A stretch of 64,000 nt of DNA from Phoronis australis (Eukaryota; Animalia; Phoronida). The stretch lies in contig NMRA01000027.1 in NCBI GenBank assembly GCA_002633005.1, forward strand, positions 1,327,587-1,391,586, given 5' to 3'. Below are positions 37,150 to 49,236 of the stretch, one piece after another. The notes beneath the pieces were generated by a model that was not told where the DNA came from, did not search any database, and saw only the letters and a list, made by a program, of their open reading frames with translations. Each line of letters begins with the position of its first letter. Position 1 is the stretch's first letter. Both the position numbers and the translations under genes were made by a program.

Positions 37150-38730
37150 AGGAGAATGCCACCCGATTTAATTGGGCTTTTTTACCGTCGTAATCGGTCT
37201 ATATCCTCATCACCTCTTATACGGTCGATCTGACCTCGACCCATCGACGTCAGTGGTGCTTCTGAGAATGAGTGCCGCTATGTTGTGGTGTATCGGCTCG
37301 CCTCCCCGCGAATTGTGAAGCTGCGATGAAAGCGGGTATATCGCTTTTTCGATTTCCCCGCGAGCCCAAAATTCTTCAGAAGTGGCACGCGGCAGTGAAG
37401 AATGAAAAGTACGCCGTTAATAGCAAGTATGTTTCCATGAAATATCTCCGTTGCGTGTCTGTGGTCGGCATTTCGTCGACAAGAAGGCGTTTCATTTACG
37501 GAATTTCGTGGCAGCAAACGCAAGTGTCAATCATTTCCATTGTCGTGCAGTTATCGCACTGACACCATGCCAAGTCAATTAAACGGTTTTCGCAACTATC
37601 CTGGGATTGTAAGTCACCATGTTGACTTTTATTATTGTGTATTCTGTTTCAAAATGAATTCTCACTCTAACCGGCAATGCTATAAAACGGAAACAAAACG
37701 TCAAAGCGTGTATCATTAGATACACTTTGTAATGCCTTTGGAGTGTTCGTGGGTGCAAATGTTTTGAGAAGAAAGCAATGAATAAGTCATTGAGTTCACC
37801 GGCTTTCGATACAATAGAGTCAAATTATAATTAATGACCGTCGGGCTCCCTTGTGAGAGCATGCTAATTCAGTGTTTGCTGACAGAAAGCTGTTGTGAAA
37901 CACTAACTCTATTTTTAATGCTAAGGTCAGATGTTATGGGAATCTTTATTTAGATACAGTAAATTATTCGAATCATTGTTATTTTACAACTTTCGCTCTG
38001 ACAGTTCTGTGGAAGGGGAATCTGACTTGGTGGCCTCCGACGAGTAAGTACTGAGCTTTGCAGTTTCGCGGCTTATTCACCAAAATAATCACGTGCACAT
38101 TAATTCTTGGGCTCACTAAGTATAGTCTTTTCATGGCTGGAAGTTTTGTTTACAACTTTGGTTTATGTTCGTGACGTCTTCAGTATGGCAGCGACTACGG
38201 GCCTGCCGCATCTATGTTGCAAGCCACTGACCGGGATAACAAGCGTTTTGTGTGTTAAGAACTGAAAAAATCGTAACTCTAAAATTTCATAGCTATGTTC
38301 TAATGTCTGTATTTCACGGAATTCAAATTTATCACCGAACAGACCCCAAATTCCCGCGACCGATCTCCAGTGGTAAATTGGCCTACCGAACTTTGTAGGT
38401 CACGGTACGTTCAAACACCTATAAATCTGTAACAGGGAAATAAAACAACACGTTTGTTCAAGAACTCGATGTCTTTTTTTAAGGATTTTACATTGAATTT
38501 TGATGATTCATTGGTTTAAAACGATGAATTCAAGGGATAAGCTGACACCAGTAAGCGTGTAGTGAACTGCTGAAAAGACTGCGTTCGAACCTATGACGTC
38601 ATTGGTTAATTTCAACACCGCCGTCTGCTGTTAGGTGTCGGGTAAAAGAGCTGTACTTGTTGTTATCGCTGAGTGGAACTACTCGACTTACATTGATACA
38701 TACTAAGTTGTTTTTGGGTGGCATTCTCCT
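37150..38730 (+). mobile_element. Kolobok-like non-autonomous DNA transposon with degenerate THAP domain
   Basis: TTAA TSDs (37146-37149, 38731-38734); TIR AGGAGAATGCCACCC; THAP remnant (V/M)PLCC...GISLFRFPREPKILQKW...(frameshift)RVCGRHF at 37272-37475. Confidence 0.82.
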
Positions 38731-38837
38731 TTAACATAGCAGTAAGGGCATTAAGCAATGGCTATTTGTTTTAGGGACTCCAGAACAAACATTTTATCTT
38801 TAATTTTCACTACTTTTTTAACTAGTGATTTTTTAAC

Positions 38838-39120
38838 ATTAGTCGACAATAAGTTAAATAAAACAAGGTTTGATAGCGTTTATTGACGAACAGGTCGAAT
38901 CGACAGAAACCGGAAAACGAGACGGGGTCCGGGGAAAAACCTTAACGTACACAATGGCATAATCACTTTCCTCTCCTCTGGGTACAATGGAAGCTAAAGA
39001 ACAATACACGACTTAAAGTAGGCCTATGGAATGCAGTAGCTCAAACAACGTTTCAACCGTAATAACAGTTAAACAAAAACGTAATAAACACTTTTAACTA
39101 AGCATAGTCTCTGTCTGGCA
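38838..39120 (-). mobile_element. Possible 3' LTR of the Gypsy element
   Basis: On the minus strand a purine-rich AGATAAGACGGAGACA tract is followed by TG at 39120, with AATAAA near 38880. It becomes contiguous with the pol end if the 39157-40593 insertion is removed. The left boundary is uncertain. Confidence 0.35.
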
Positions 39121-39156
39121 TGTCTCCGTCTTATCTGCCAAGGAAATAAAACTTAA

Positions 39157-40593
39157 AGGCGAAGGCAACCTTTTTCATGTCACTTTTAGCAAAAAAAGTC
39201 TGTTGATTATCCCAGACATATTTTTCACTTAATTGCAGCTTTTCGTAATTTAATTAATTTCTCGTCCTCTACTCCGGAAGTGACGTTTTAGGAGGCAAGA
39301 ATTTCGCGCCAATTTCTTTTCATACAGTCAGACTTTGAGAGCTGTCAAGTCAGTCATTGTTCTACCTCGGATGTGATAAGTTCGGTCGTCGTTTGCTTTT
39401 GTTCTCGAGTCAGTCAACGTGCCGCACTGTTGCTGTGTACCAGGATGTACTCATTATTGTCTCACGCGCGCTTTGGGTACCTTGCGTCGCTTTCCGAAGG
39501 ATGAGACACTTCGCTGTACTTGGCTAGTTCGTTCGTGTGAAGAACGCAGCGCTACCCGTTCACGCAACGTACAAAGCAGTGGCAAGCATTTTCAGCCGTC
39601 AGATTACGACAGAGATATGTACGCTGAATTGATGAAGGTCCCTGCGAAACGACGCCTGAAGAAGGGTTCCATACCGTCGCCACCCCCGAGAAGTGCGTTT
39701 TTGAAGCGAGAAGCCTCGCGAGCTGTGGCCACTACAAACAGTGACTGGAGGCACTTCATCTACTGTCACCCATGCCTCCGAACGTACCCCATAGCGTGCA
39801 ATTCCAGTAACTAGCAGTGATTCCCCGTGTGCTGTTGTCTCTAGCCCAGAGCCTGTAAGCAGCCCTGCAGCGATGTTGAATAGTGGGAGTGAACACAGGC
39901 GTGCGTTCAGTAGACGCTAGGATCTACGCTAGGACCTAGCTAAACCGTAATCAAAGTCACATGTTCTCATTTAAAATACACGGCAATATCTCACGTAATC
40001 TCCCGAAGTCTTGCTTTTTAGCGAGGTCCTAGCGTTACTGAACGGGAGACAGGACAAGTTTGGCACCCAGTGAAAAGGACAGTTCGTCATCCAATGAACA
40101 GATCGGTGAGCCTAAGTTTGATAAGTTTATTGTGGACTTGTATTGGGGCTATTTAGAAGGTGCCACGTGTGTGACGAGGGAGTCGCACGGCGGGATGTAA
40201 GCAGTTTTGGTGCTCAAGTCACCATCCACTGGAAGTGTGTCGCGGGACACTCGGGCAAGTGGGACAGTTCTTCCTCCGTACGTGAGACGATAATGAGTAC
40301 TTCTCGGTAGGAAGCAACAGCGTGGCATGTTGACTGACTCGTAAACAAAAGCAAACGACGACCGAACTTATCACAACCGAGGTAGAACAATGACTCACTC
40401 GACTGCTCTCACAGTCAGACTGTATGAAAAGAAATTGGCGCGAAATTCTTGCCTCCCAAAGCGTCACTTCCGGAGTAGACGACGAGTAATTGATTAAATT
40501 ACGAAAAGCTGTAAATAAGTGAAAAATATGTCTGGGATAATCAACGAACCATATTTTTGCTAAAAATGACATGAAAAAAGGTTGCCTTCGCCT
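39157..40593. mobile_element. Foldback Kolobok-like element with ~300-bp TIRs and a THAP ORF
   Basis: TTAA TSDs (39153-39156, 40594-40597); termini AGGCGAAGGCAACC; inverted similarity extends over ~39157-39465 versus ~40280-40593; nested MITE at ~39900-40045. Confidence 0.85.
39419..39814 (+). pseudogene. THAP zinc-finger domain remnant (transposase N-terminus)
   Basis: GTG start; PHCCCVPGC...RRFPKDETLRCTW...GKHFQPSDY...RRLKKGSIPS shows THAP C2CH features (third Cys lost) with an AVPT-like box. Confidence 0.8.
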
Positions 40594-40622
40594 TTAAGGA
40601 ATGAGTACACGGTTCACTGGCG

Positions 40623-43600
40623 CTACTCCATAATCCAATCCCTATCGTGCCATGCTGGGGGTTTGCGGTTGCGATGAGAGCAACATAATGTGGTGGCATC
40701 CTGCTCAACGGCGTCGGAGCTAAGGACATCTTTCTCATCCGAAAGCTGAGGGATATCAGCCGCTGGATCGACTGCTCCGGTATCAAGGATCGCTTCAGGT
40801 AGAGGAGGAGTAGTGATCACCTCCGGCAATGGAGGGGATGTGAGCGGTACCTCGGGCAGGTAATCCCCCGGGGATCATGCACATGAAGATCGTAGAGGTC
40901 GTGGCCAGTAGGGCTGGACATTAGGTCATCGTCATCAGAGGCATCCAGCTGATCTGAGGCAAACCACTTAGGATTTGAAGTCGTGGAAGACACAGGGAGG
41001 CAGTCTGATACACGTACAGTGTAAGTTTTGCTGCGGAACTGGGAGCGAGTGAACTTATGCAGCTCACACCATTCATCAGACACGCTTGTGACGAGGTACT
41101 TCTCGCGGGCCTTTGTCTTGTCACGATCAGCCTTTAGGAATACCAGCTGACCAACAACAAGTCGTGCAGGGTTATGAGCGCGACCTCGAGACTTTGACAT
41201 GGCACTAGGGAGATGGTTGTCAATACGGGATTGGTGTTGACGGAGGATCACTTCCCTGTCGGCGATGGGCAGTTGACAACCTGTGACTTGATCCCACTGT
41301 GTCCACAATTCACGAGAAGACAAACCATCGCGGCGGACCCAGGAATTCATATTGGATGTGGCAATGGCGAGAGTAGTAGAGGACACTGGCCCACCCTCTG
41401 GAGATAAACGCAAGAGTTCTATGCCCAACTTACCAACTGCAGGATTCTTATTGACGTTCTTAACTTGACCAATGTCAAGGTGAATACCACGTGAAAGTAA
41501 CATCTGGTCATTCTTCAAAGCAACGAATCCAGGAGCCGCGTAGACTCGAACAGTTATTCCGTTTTCAGTAAGAGGGCATAATGCAGAACAAAGAATAACT
41601 AGAATGTTTCGAAGTTCACCATGAGTCTCATTTTGGATTAGGGAGGTTAACGTGTATGAAGTGACAGTCTCCCTGATAACGAAGATGAACTGCCGATGAC
41701 GTCGCATAATATCAGCCGCGAATTACGAGCTGACAACTTCGGAGGGTGGGGAGGTAGACTGGGTTGGAAATAGGCAGGTATGGTTTTGACAGACTGGCAG
41801 ACGTGACAGGCAGAAGTGACAGCGTCAATGGCCTTATCGATGTCAAGTGCAAAGAAGTAGCGAGTAAAGAGACGCTTTGTTTGGTACTTGGATGGATGGC
41901 CAAAGCGTATGTGAATGACTGTGAGCAATCCATTCAGAACGGGGCGTGGCACAACGATACGTTCACGTTGGGGTTGGAATGGCTCAGGTGACTTAACAAC
42001 TAAGACGCCGTCGTTGGCGATTGAGACCGCATTGAGATAACGCCTGACATCTTTGATTTTGCTTTGCTTACGCGAAGGACGAGTACCGTGAGACAGGTGG
42101 GCATGGCTTCGGCGAAGGTCTGGGCATTTCTGTTGGGTCAACAGCCAAGCTGCGCGGCTTGTGAAGGGCATACGCATGGCGCTCTGAAGAACATCATCAA
42201 CCGACAAGCTTCGAACGACTGAATCTTCCAATTCGGCAATGAACTTACATACCTGACAAGAGGAGTCTTGGCAGGATGTTAGGTTTCTGCTGGAGAAGTC
42301 GGAGGGGAGGTTCGCTGCACCGGCAATGTGGTGTAAAGAAACGCCATAACGGCTCAATGTAGATAGAAACGTAGATACTCGAGCGCTAGTGGAGATTTCG
42401 CCTCGCATAAGTTTTCCGTAGGCCTGAACGCATGGACGACGGTCTGTCAGGACTTGGGTGGGATTAGAGGCGTGGATGATATATGGAGAAAAATGACGGT
42501 CTGCTGCACCAATACACAGAGCCTCAACTTCGCAGGGTAACCAGACTGTGTGATGTTTACGCAGCTTCGCATTTTAGAAGCCAGCGAGGAGAAGTTTGTC
42601 CCCTCTGCGGAGGTACAGGGTGGCACCCAGGCCACGATGCTTCACAGAACCGTCAGTAACAATGAGCAGATGATCATCTGGTCTAGGCATGAATATCACC
42701 TTTGTGTCTTTGAGAGAAGACTAGGACCTCTTAAAGAATTCCGTGAGATCGTCGGACAATGAGATGCGTTCACGAGACTCGCGTCCAGCCACGACAGCTT
42801 CGAGCGAGTCGAGAAGAGGGGCATAGCCAGGGAGAACACGAATTAGCATCTTAAAAGCCCCAATATATGATCGGAGACCGAACGCAGTTGTGGGAGGCTC
42901 AACTGAGGAGAGAGCTGAGACCTTATGATCACTGGCCCGTAAGGAACCCTGGGACCATTTCCAACCAAGGACGGTGGTTGACTTAGGGCAGATGACGGTT
43001 TTCTTGGCGGACACACGCAAGTTATTTCGCCGAACAGCCCGGAGGACTAGTCGCCAACGTTGGAGCACCTGGTCAGGTGAGCTTCCACCTACATACAGAT
43101 CATCTGCGATTTTGGTGACCCAACCTTGTTGAATGAAATCACCCAGAACTCTGGACATGAGCTTCTCAAGACAAGTCTCTGATCCCGGCATCCCCATTGC
43201 AGATCGAGTGTAAACGCGAATGCCTTTAAATGGCGTAGCGACACCACAATATTTCATAGATGAATGACTGAGAGGAATCTGGTAGAAGGACTGCAAGAGG
43301 TCAGATACTATGAGATTTTCCGATGTCGCGTAGGACACTGTCCACATTGGGCATGAGGGACGGTTGGGACTTACAATAGCGGGCAACGTCTCCAAACGAG
43401 GTAACAAGCCGACAACCGCCGCTTGGCTTTTTGATGAGGAATGAGATGTTGAGATATTCTACATGAACATTCACCTGTTCTGGCTTGGCGAAAACACCAG
43501 CTGCCTCGAGCTCATCAAATTGTGTCTGAAGTTCAACAAGAGATTCGAGGTTGTATTGGGGAAGTCGGCCTTTCCGTTGAGGAGGGAGAGTGGGTCCAAA

Positions 43601-43762
43601 ATTCACAACAACCTCTATCTTCCCACTAGCGCCATTGTACCTAGAAACGGCAGGGTTTTGGAAGCGGAACCGCATGTCGCCAGGGAGGAGTAAATCAGGG
43701 TCAAGCTTGATGGAATCAGAAAATGGTGGTCTAGTATGGGGGCCTGGAGGCGGGGTGCTAGT
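40623..43762 (-). mobile_element. Degenerate Ty3/Gypsy LTR retrotransposon pol (RT, RNase H, integrase); 5' part lies in the gap
   Basis: RT: DLLQSFYQIPL...YTRSAMGMPGS...KIADDLYVGG. RNase H: IVTDGS...LPCEVEAL...VLTD...NLPSDFSSR. Integrase HHCC: IHIRFGHPS...CHVC, then the core domain and a C-terminal RNRKPPAW motif. RT-RH-IN order is Gypsy-type; several stops and frameshifts. Confidence 0.92.
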
Positions 43763-44654
43763 NNNNNNNNNNNNNNNNNNNNNNNNNNNNNNNNNNNNNN
43801 NNNNNNNNNNNNNNNNNNNNNNNNNNNNNNNNNNNNNNNNNNNNNNNNNNNNNNNNNNNNNNNNNNNNNNNNNNNNNNNNNNNNNNNNNNNNNNNNNNNN
43901 NNNNNNNNNNNNNNNNNNNNNNNNNNNNNNNNNNNNNNNNNNNNNNNNNNNNNNNNNNNNNNNNNNNNNNNNNNNNNNNNNNNNNNNNNNNNNNNNNNNN
44001 NNNNNNNNNNNNNNNNNNNNNNNNNNNNNNNNNNNNNNNNNNNNNNNNNNNNNNNNNNNNNNNNNNNNNNNNNNNNNNNNNNNNNNNNNNNNNNNNNNNN
44101 NNNNNNNNNNNNNNNNNNNNNNNNNNNNNNNNNNNNNNNNNNNNNNNNNNNNNNNNNNNNNNNNNNNNNNNNNNNNNNNNNNNNNNNNNNNNNNNNNNNN
44201 NNNNNNNNNNNNNNNNNNNNNNNNNNNNNNNNNNNNNNNNNNNNNNNNNNNNNNNNNNNNNNNNNNNNNNNNNNNNNNNNNNNNNNNNNNNNNNNNNNNN
44301 NNNNNNNNNNNNNNNNNNNNNNNNNNNNNNNNNNNNNNNNNNNNNNNNNNNNNNNNNNNNNNNNNNNNNNNNNNNNNNNNNNNNNNNNNNNNNNNNNNNN
44401 NNNNNNNNNNNTACCCATATTTTTCTTTCATTTTTCCAACCCACCACCCATAATTTTTAATTACGTTGAAATGCAACCACCCATAATATTTTTAAATTAT
44501 GCTTCAATTATACATGGAAATGTACATGTTAGGTTTTATTCTCTTTAGATATTTTTGGTCTTCAGTGTTTCTTGAGCCGATAAAACACCAGTTCCCTCCC
44601 AGGCAAGGAATAAAACTTCACACTGTCATGCTTTTCAGTGAATAGCGATTAATG

Positions 44655-45478
44655 AACAAGAATGTTTGTATGCGCCCTTTGTGTCATTGCAAATGGCAGA
44701 TGCTAGGGATGACCCTTATTTCAAAATTCCCACGAGAGGGAGTAATACTTGTATGATCTGTTAAGTACTTAGATGATCGACGGACAAGAACTTGTGTAGC
44801 TGTCATGTTAAAAACTAAGTGGCCAAGAGGGTGATAGAATCAAAACAAAAATTGGCTGCTGTCAGCGTATCCACACATTCCATATATCCAGTTGTGCATA
44901 GCGGATTTTGAGATAAACAACCTGTCTTATCATAAACTAAAATGATCAATAGGGGGTGCTACAGTAGCCAAATCTGTCCAAAAATTGACCGGTACCGGCG
45001 CATCGCCGACATCTATCTCTGTGCCAAATGTCATCATGATCCGTTAACCGGTTTCATGATAATCGACGGACAAGCAGTGACTTGAGCAGTCGAAAACTTA
45101 CAGGGGGTGCCACAGTAATTGAATCGGGCCAAAAATCGACTGTTGCTGGCACACTCTTGCCATATAACTCTGTATCAAATTTCATTGTGAACCGTTAAGC
45201 AGTTTTTGAGATAATCTGTGCACAAGGAATGGCTTGTCGAGAATTTTAATGGCCAACATGGGGTATCACGGTATCCAAATCCGTCCGAAAAGCATCTGGT
45301 GCTGGCGCATCCCAGTCAAGTATCTCTATGCCAAATTTCATCATGATCCGCCAAGCGGACCATGAGATAATTGACGGACAAGAAATTATAACGACAGATG
45401 GACCGACCGACCGTCAGACAGACGAATGGACGGGATGCCCACTATATGAAACCACAAGTTTTTGTGAGTGAAGAAAAA
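44655..45478 (-). mobile_element. Helentron-associated (HINE/DINE-1-like) element with ~154-bp internal tandem repeats
   Basis: Minus strand starts with a T-run and short inverted repeat, then a GTCY-like microsatellite (plus strand GACCGACCGACCGTCAGACAGACG). Units containing CAAATTTCAT...GATAAT..GACGGACAAG recur near 45022, 45175 and 45330. Ends CATTCTTGTT. Confidence 0.65.
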
Positions 45479-45603
45479 TTCCATGGTAGGTCACAACCCA
45501 TGTCAGATACCAGAAACTTGGTTTTCAAAGACACCTGTGAGCAATAGCTTACGCATCCACCAGGTGTCTCTGTTTACCAGGTTTCCCTGTAATTTCAATA
45601 AGG

Positions 45604-47246
45604 TTTTTATGCGCCCACATATTTATAAGTGGGTGCACATTGCCGTCATGTCTGTCCGGGCGTTAGGGCGTCCGGCGTACGCGGCTCTATCTCGTAAACC
45701 TCTTGCAGGATCTTATTGAAATTTGGCAGGTGTGTTGCTATGGGGTTGACAACAGAGGGCGACGAATTTTGAACCGACCCGAATACCGCTGTGCCCCCTA
45801 GTGGCAATTTTATTTTTGTACGTTTGCATCTGTATCTCCAAAGGTCCTCAACCAATGTTCATGAAATTTGGCACATAGGTTTTTATTAATCAGGTGACGC
45901 TATCCTTCCGCTTTCGGATCGATTCGAGGTATTTTACGCCATCTAGTCGCCATGTTTAGGATTTTCGAGTCCGTGTTTAGGCGCACGCCCCTCTGTCAAC
46001 CAAACCACTCTAAGGATGATTGCGAAACTTAGCATGTGTGTTCTTACTATGAAGAGGACGGTTGACGATGATTTTCGGACGACTTCGACTACTGAAGCGC
46101 CTCCTAGTGGTAGTTTTGTTTGTTTTTGCGCCCACGGCTGTATCTCGATCATAAACGTTCTATGGGATTTTTATTAAATGCAGCGTGTTTATATGAAGTC
46201 GGACTACATGTGTGCCCCCTTGTGGCAATTTTATCTTTTTTACGTTTACCTCTTTATCTTCAAACGTCCTCGATGGGCATCTATTAATAAGGTGACACTA
46301 TTCTCCCGTTTTCGGATGGATTCGAGGTATTTTGCGCCACCTACTGGCCATTTTTACTGTTTTCGAGTCTGCTTTTTGGAGTCCGTCCCTCCATCAGCCA
46401 AACCACTCTAAGAATGATTGTGAAAATTGGCATGTGGGTTCTTACTATAAGGAGGACAACTGACGATGTTTTTTCCGATGACTTCGACTACTGTGGCGCC
46501 CCCTAGTGGCAGTTTTGTTTTTGGTTTGCGCCAAGGCGTAGCTGTTTCTCCTAAGCCCTCTGCAGGATCTTGAGGACTTTCAGACGGCTTCGACTCACGC
46601 TGCCTCCTCGCGGCAATTTCATTTTTTCTGTTTTCCTCTGTTTCTCTGAAGTTCCTTGAGAAATTTTTATGAAATTTGTTAAATAGCTTTCTTTTAAACA
46701 AAAGGTGACATTTCCGGTTTCAGACGAATTCGACGTATTTTGCTGTTTTCTAGTATATTTTTGGCGTACGCCCTCTGTCAACCAAACCACTCTTAGGATG
46801 ATTGTAAAAATTGGCATATATATTGTTACTGCGAAGATTGGCGATGATTTTCCGGCTTCAATTATTGACTGTGACGCCTCCTAGTGGCATTTTTCGCCCT
46901 TAGCTGTATCTCCTAAACCCTCTGCAGAATGTTTATTAAATTTAGTAAGTGTATTTAAATGACGTTGACAATGGGAGACGACAACTTTCAGACGGATGCG
47001 ATGAATGCTTTGTCTCCTAGTGGCAATTTCATTTTTTTCCGTTTTGCTAAAGTTTCTTGACGGATTTTCATGAAAGGTGGTAAAAAGCTTTGTGTTAAAA
47101 AACGGTGAAATTTTTCATTTTGTGATGGATTCGAAGTATTTTGCACTATCTAGTGGCCATTTTTATGATAGAAATAAACACCCTAGAAGCACACCTTTTG
47201 CAGTGCATTCATGGGTGCATTTGAACGCTCCGCGTTGCTCTTGTTT
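45604..47246 (+). mobile_element. Helentron-associated (HINE-like) element with a higher-order tandem array
   Basis: 5' TTTTTATGCGCCCAC...GTGGGTGCAC inverted repeat, GTCTGTCC tract, 115-160-bp subunits grouped in ~400-bp trimers, then 3' subTIR ATGGGTGCAT, hairpin AACGCTCCGCGTT and CTTGTTT. Confidence 0.7.
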
Positions 47247-47894
47247 CAATTTCATAAAACCTACGAATCTCAAAGTGTTTCCACGAATGCGTTTAGGCTG
47301 CTACATCAAGCGAATATTACAGCTTGTCTATCTGACTCCTCATCCTTTGTCAAAAATTCGTCAATTTTCTTAACACCAGTTTAGTGTTGCATTAATTTTT
47401 TATTCTTATATGATTGTACAACATGTGTCAAGTTGCCCATGACTTGTGTAATGGCTTTGTGTACATATTGCACACTGTACACTACCAACATGGGCTTGTC
47501 TTGATTAAGGAGTGAATTTGTGGTGCGGTTTGAAGGTCTTTCAGAGGGTATTGAGGTCAGAGTTTGGCTGAAAATACCCACCTGTCAACAGGACAAAAAT
47601 ACCACCCACTTTTAAGGATACACTTAATTCAAGAAGAATCATCCTTAAGTTAAATTTTCTTCAAAATACAATCACCCATAATTTTTTATTTCAAATGCCG
47701 TCCCCCCTCCCATACGGATTTTCCTGGAACAGTCCTAACTTAAAAACAATGGCCCGAAAATTTTCAAATGAAGGTTTTGAACATATCTCACCAGGATGTA
47801 TGAACACTCATTTTTTAAGATCCGAGTCGGTGACCCTAGAGTCGACCTTTTGGTGCTCTCTTGGAATGTAAGTTAAGTTGCTTCCATCGTTGGA

Positions 47895-47987
47895 AATGGG
47901 AACAGCCCACTATTCCGAAGTTTCACTACTCCAAAGGTTCACTATTCCGAAGATTCACTACTTCAAACGTTCACTACTCCGAAGGTA
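47895..47987 (+). repeat. Subterminal ~19-bp repeats (TTCACTA(T/C)TCCGAAG) of a DNA transposon; inverted counterpart at ~49575-49650
   Basis: Five CACTA.TCC.AA units here; reverse-complement units TTCGGAATAGTGA at 49575-49640 and also near 26186-26290. Confidence 0.55.
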
Positions 47988-48403
47988 CCCGGTATCTAAA
48001 ATTTCGGACTCGGGTGTAATTTGAATACTTTTACATGCAAAAATAAACGATGTCTCGGTTATTAGATGCAGTGAGTGGACGAACCTATAACGAAAACAAT
48101 CTCCGGTTATTAAAGCGCTTTGTTTGGATTTTATGTGCATGCGAAATTACTGCATGTCTTACAAATGCGGGAAAATGAGTACGTACTTGCATTTTAACCA
48201 CGATGCATTCAACAAACCCATGTCTATATCCCCCGGGCACTAAAGAGCTTTAAATTCGTTGGAGTTCATGCGCATATGAAATTACCCGCATGTCTGAAAA
48301 ATACGGAAAAATGAGAACGTACTTGCATTTTAAAATAACATGAATGAGGAATATTATCAAGCACGAATGTCACGTTTCTCCCCGTGTGTGAGTAGGCGCA
48401 GGT

Positions 48404-49152
48404 TGTTACAGACCGGTGCTAATAGCTTTCGGTTCGACGATTGACTGAAGCCTGGTTTGAGTTAATCCTTTATTAATCCTGACCGTACGTTCGCGTGCCT
48501 ACTCAAACAAGACGTCCGACGTAATGTCTGTTGATGCTCCAGCCAATGCTGCGAAGCCTTGCCTTGTGATGAGATACTTCCAGCAACTGTTGCACTCGTT
48601 GATTCAATAACCTAGCTGCTGTCTATATAGCTGGCTCTCTATTGGCTATCGCTGTAACTGCTGATTTTCTTCACTACAACTCAACTGTAATCTCCTGATT
48701 AACTTTCTTGAACTCACCGATTAACTGACTTGATCTTCTCTTGAACTGACTTGATCTAACTAACACTAACCCGTGCTTGTGTATTTATAGCCTAATGCAT
48801 TGCTCTGGAATGACTTTTCATCAATTCAAGCACATTCTAGAACTTTCTACCCAACCATTCTACAAACACATACTATTCTCTAGAATATTCCAGCCTGCAT
48901 TAATCACTGTCATGCTAGAGTCTTCTAGAAAGTTCCACACTATACTGCAGTAAACAAATTAGACCATCACTGTTCTGACCTCAGTCTTCTAGAAAGTTCC
49001 ACACTATTTTGTAGTAAACAAATTACATCAGCACTGTACTTAACACAGGGGTCATGCCAACCAAACTGAATAACGAAACAAAACAATACAACTAATAATA
49101 CTGTCAGACTATATTCTGACAACGAAACATTCATGAAATCCATCATGTCACA
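48404..49152 (-). mobile_element. Solo LTR-like sequence (~750 bp)
   Basis: TGTTACA...TGTCACA inverted ends; minus-strand CTATAAATA near 48790 and AATAAA near 48470 are in promoter-then-polyA order; no clean TSD. Confidence 0.55.
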
Positions 49153-49236
49153 GCGCGCGACCGAAAAGTTCAGGGCCGCTGCGCCTCAACCCCATCCTCC
49201 GGATCCACACGCACGGCCGTAAATGTAGTTAGTAGG

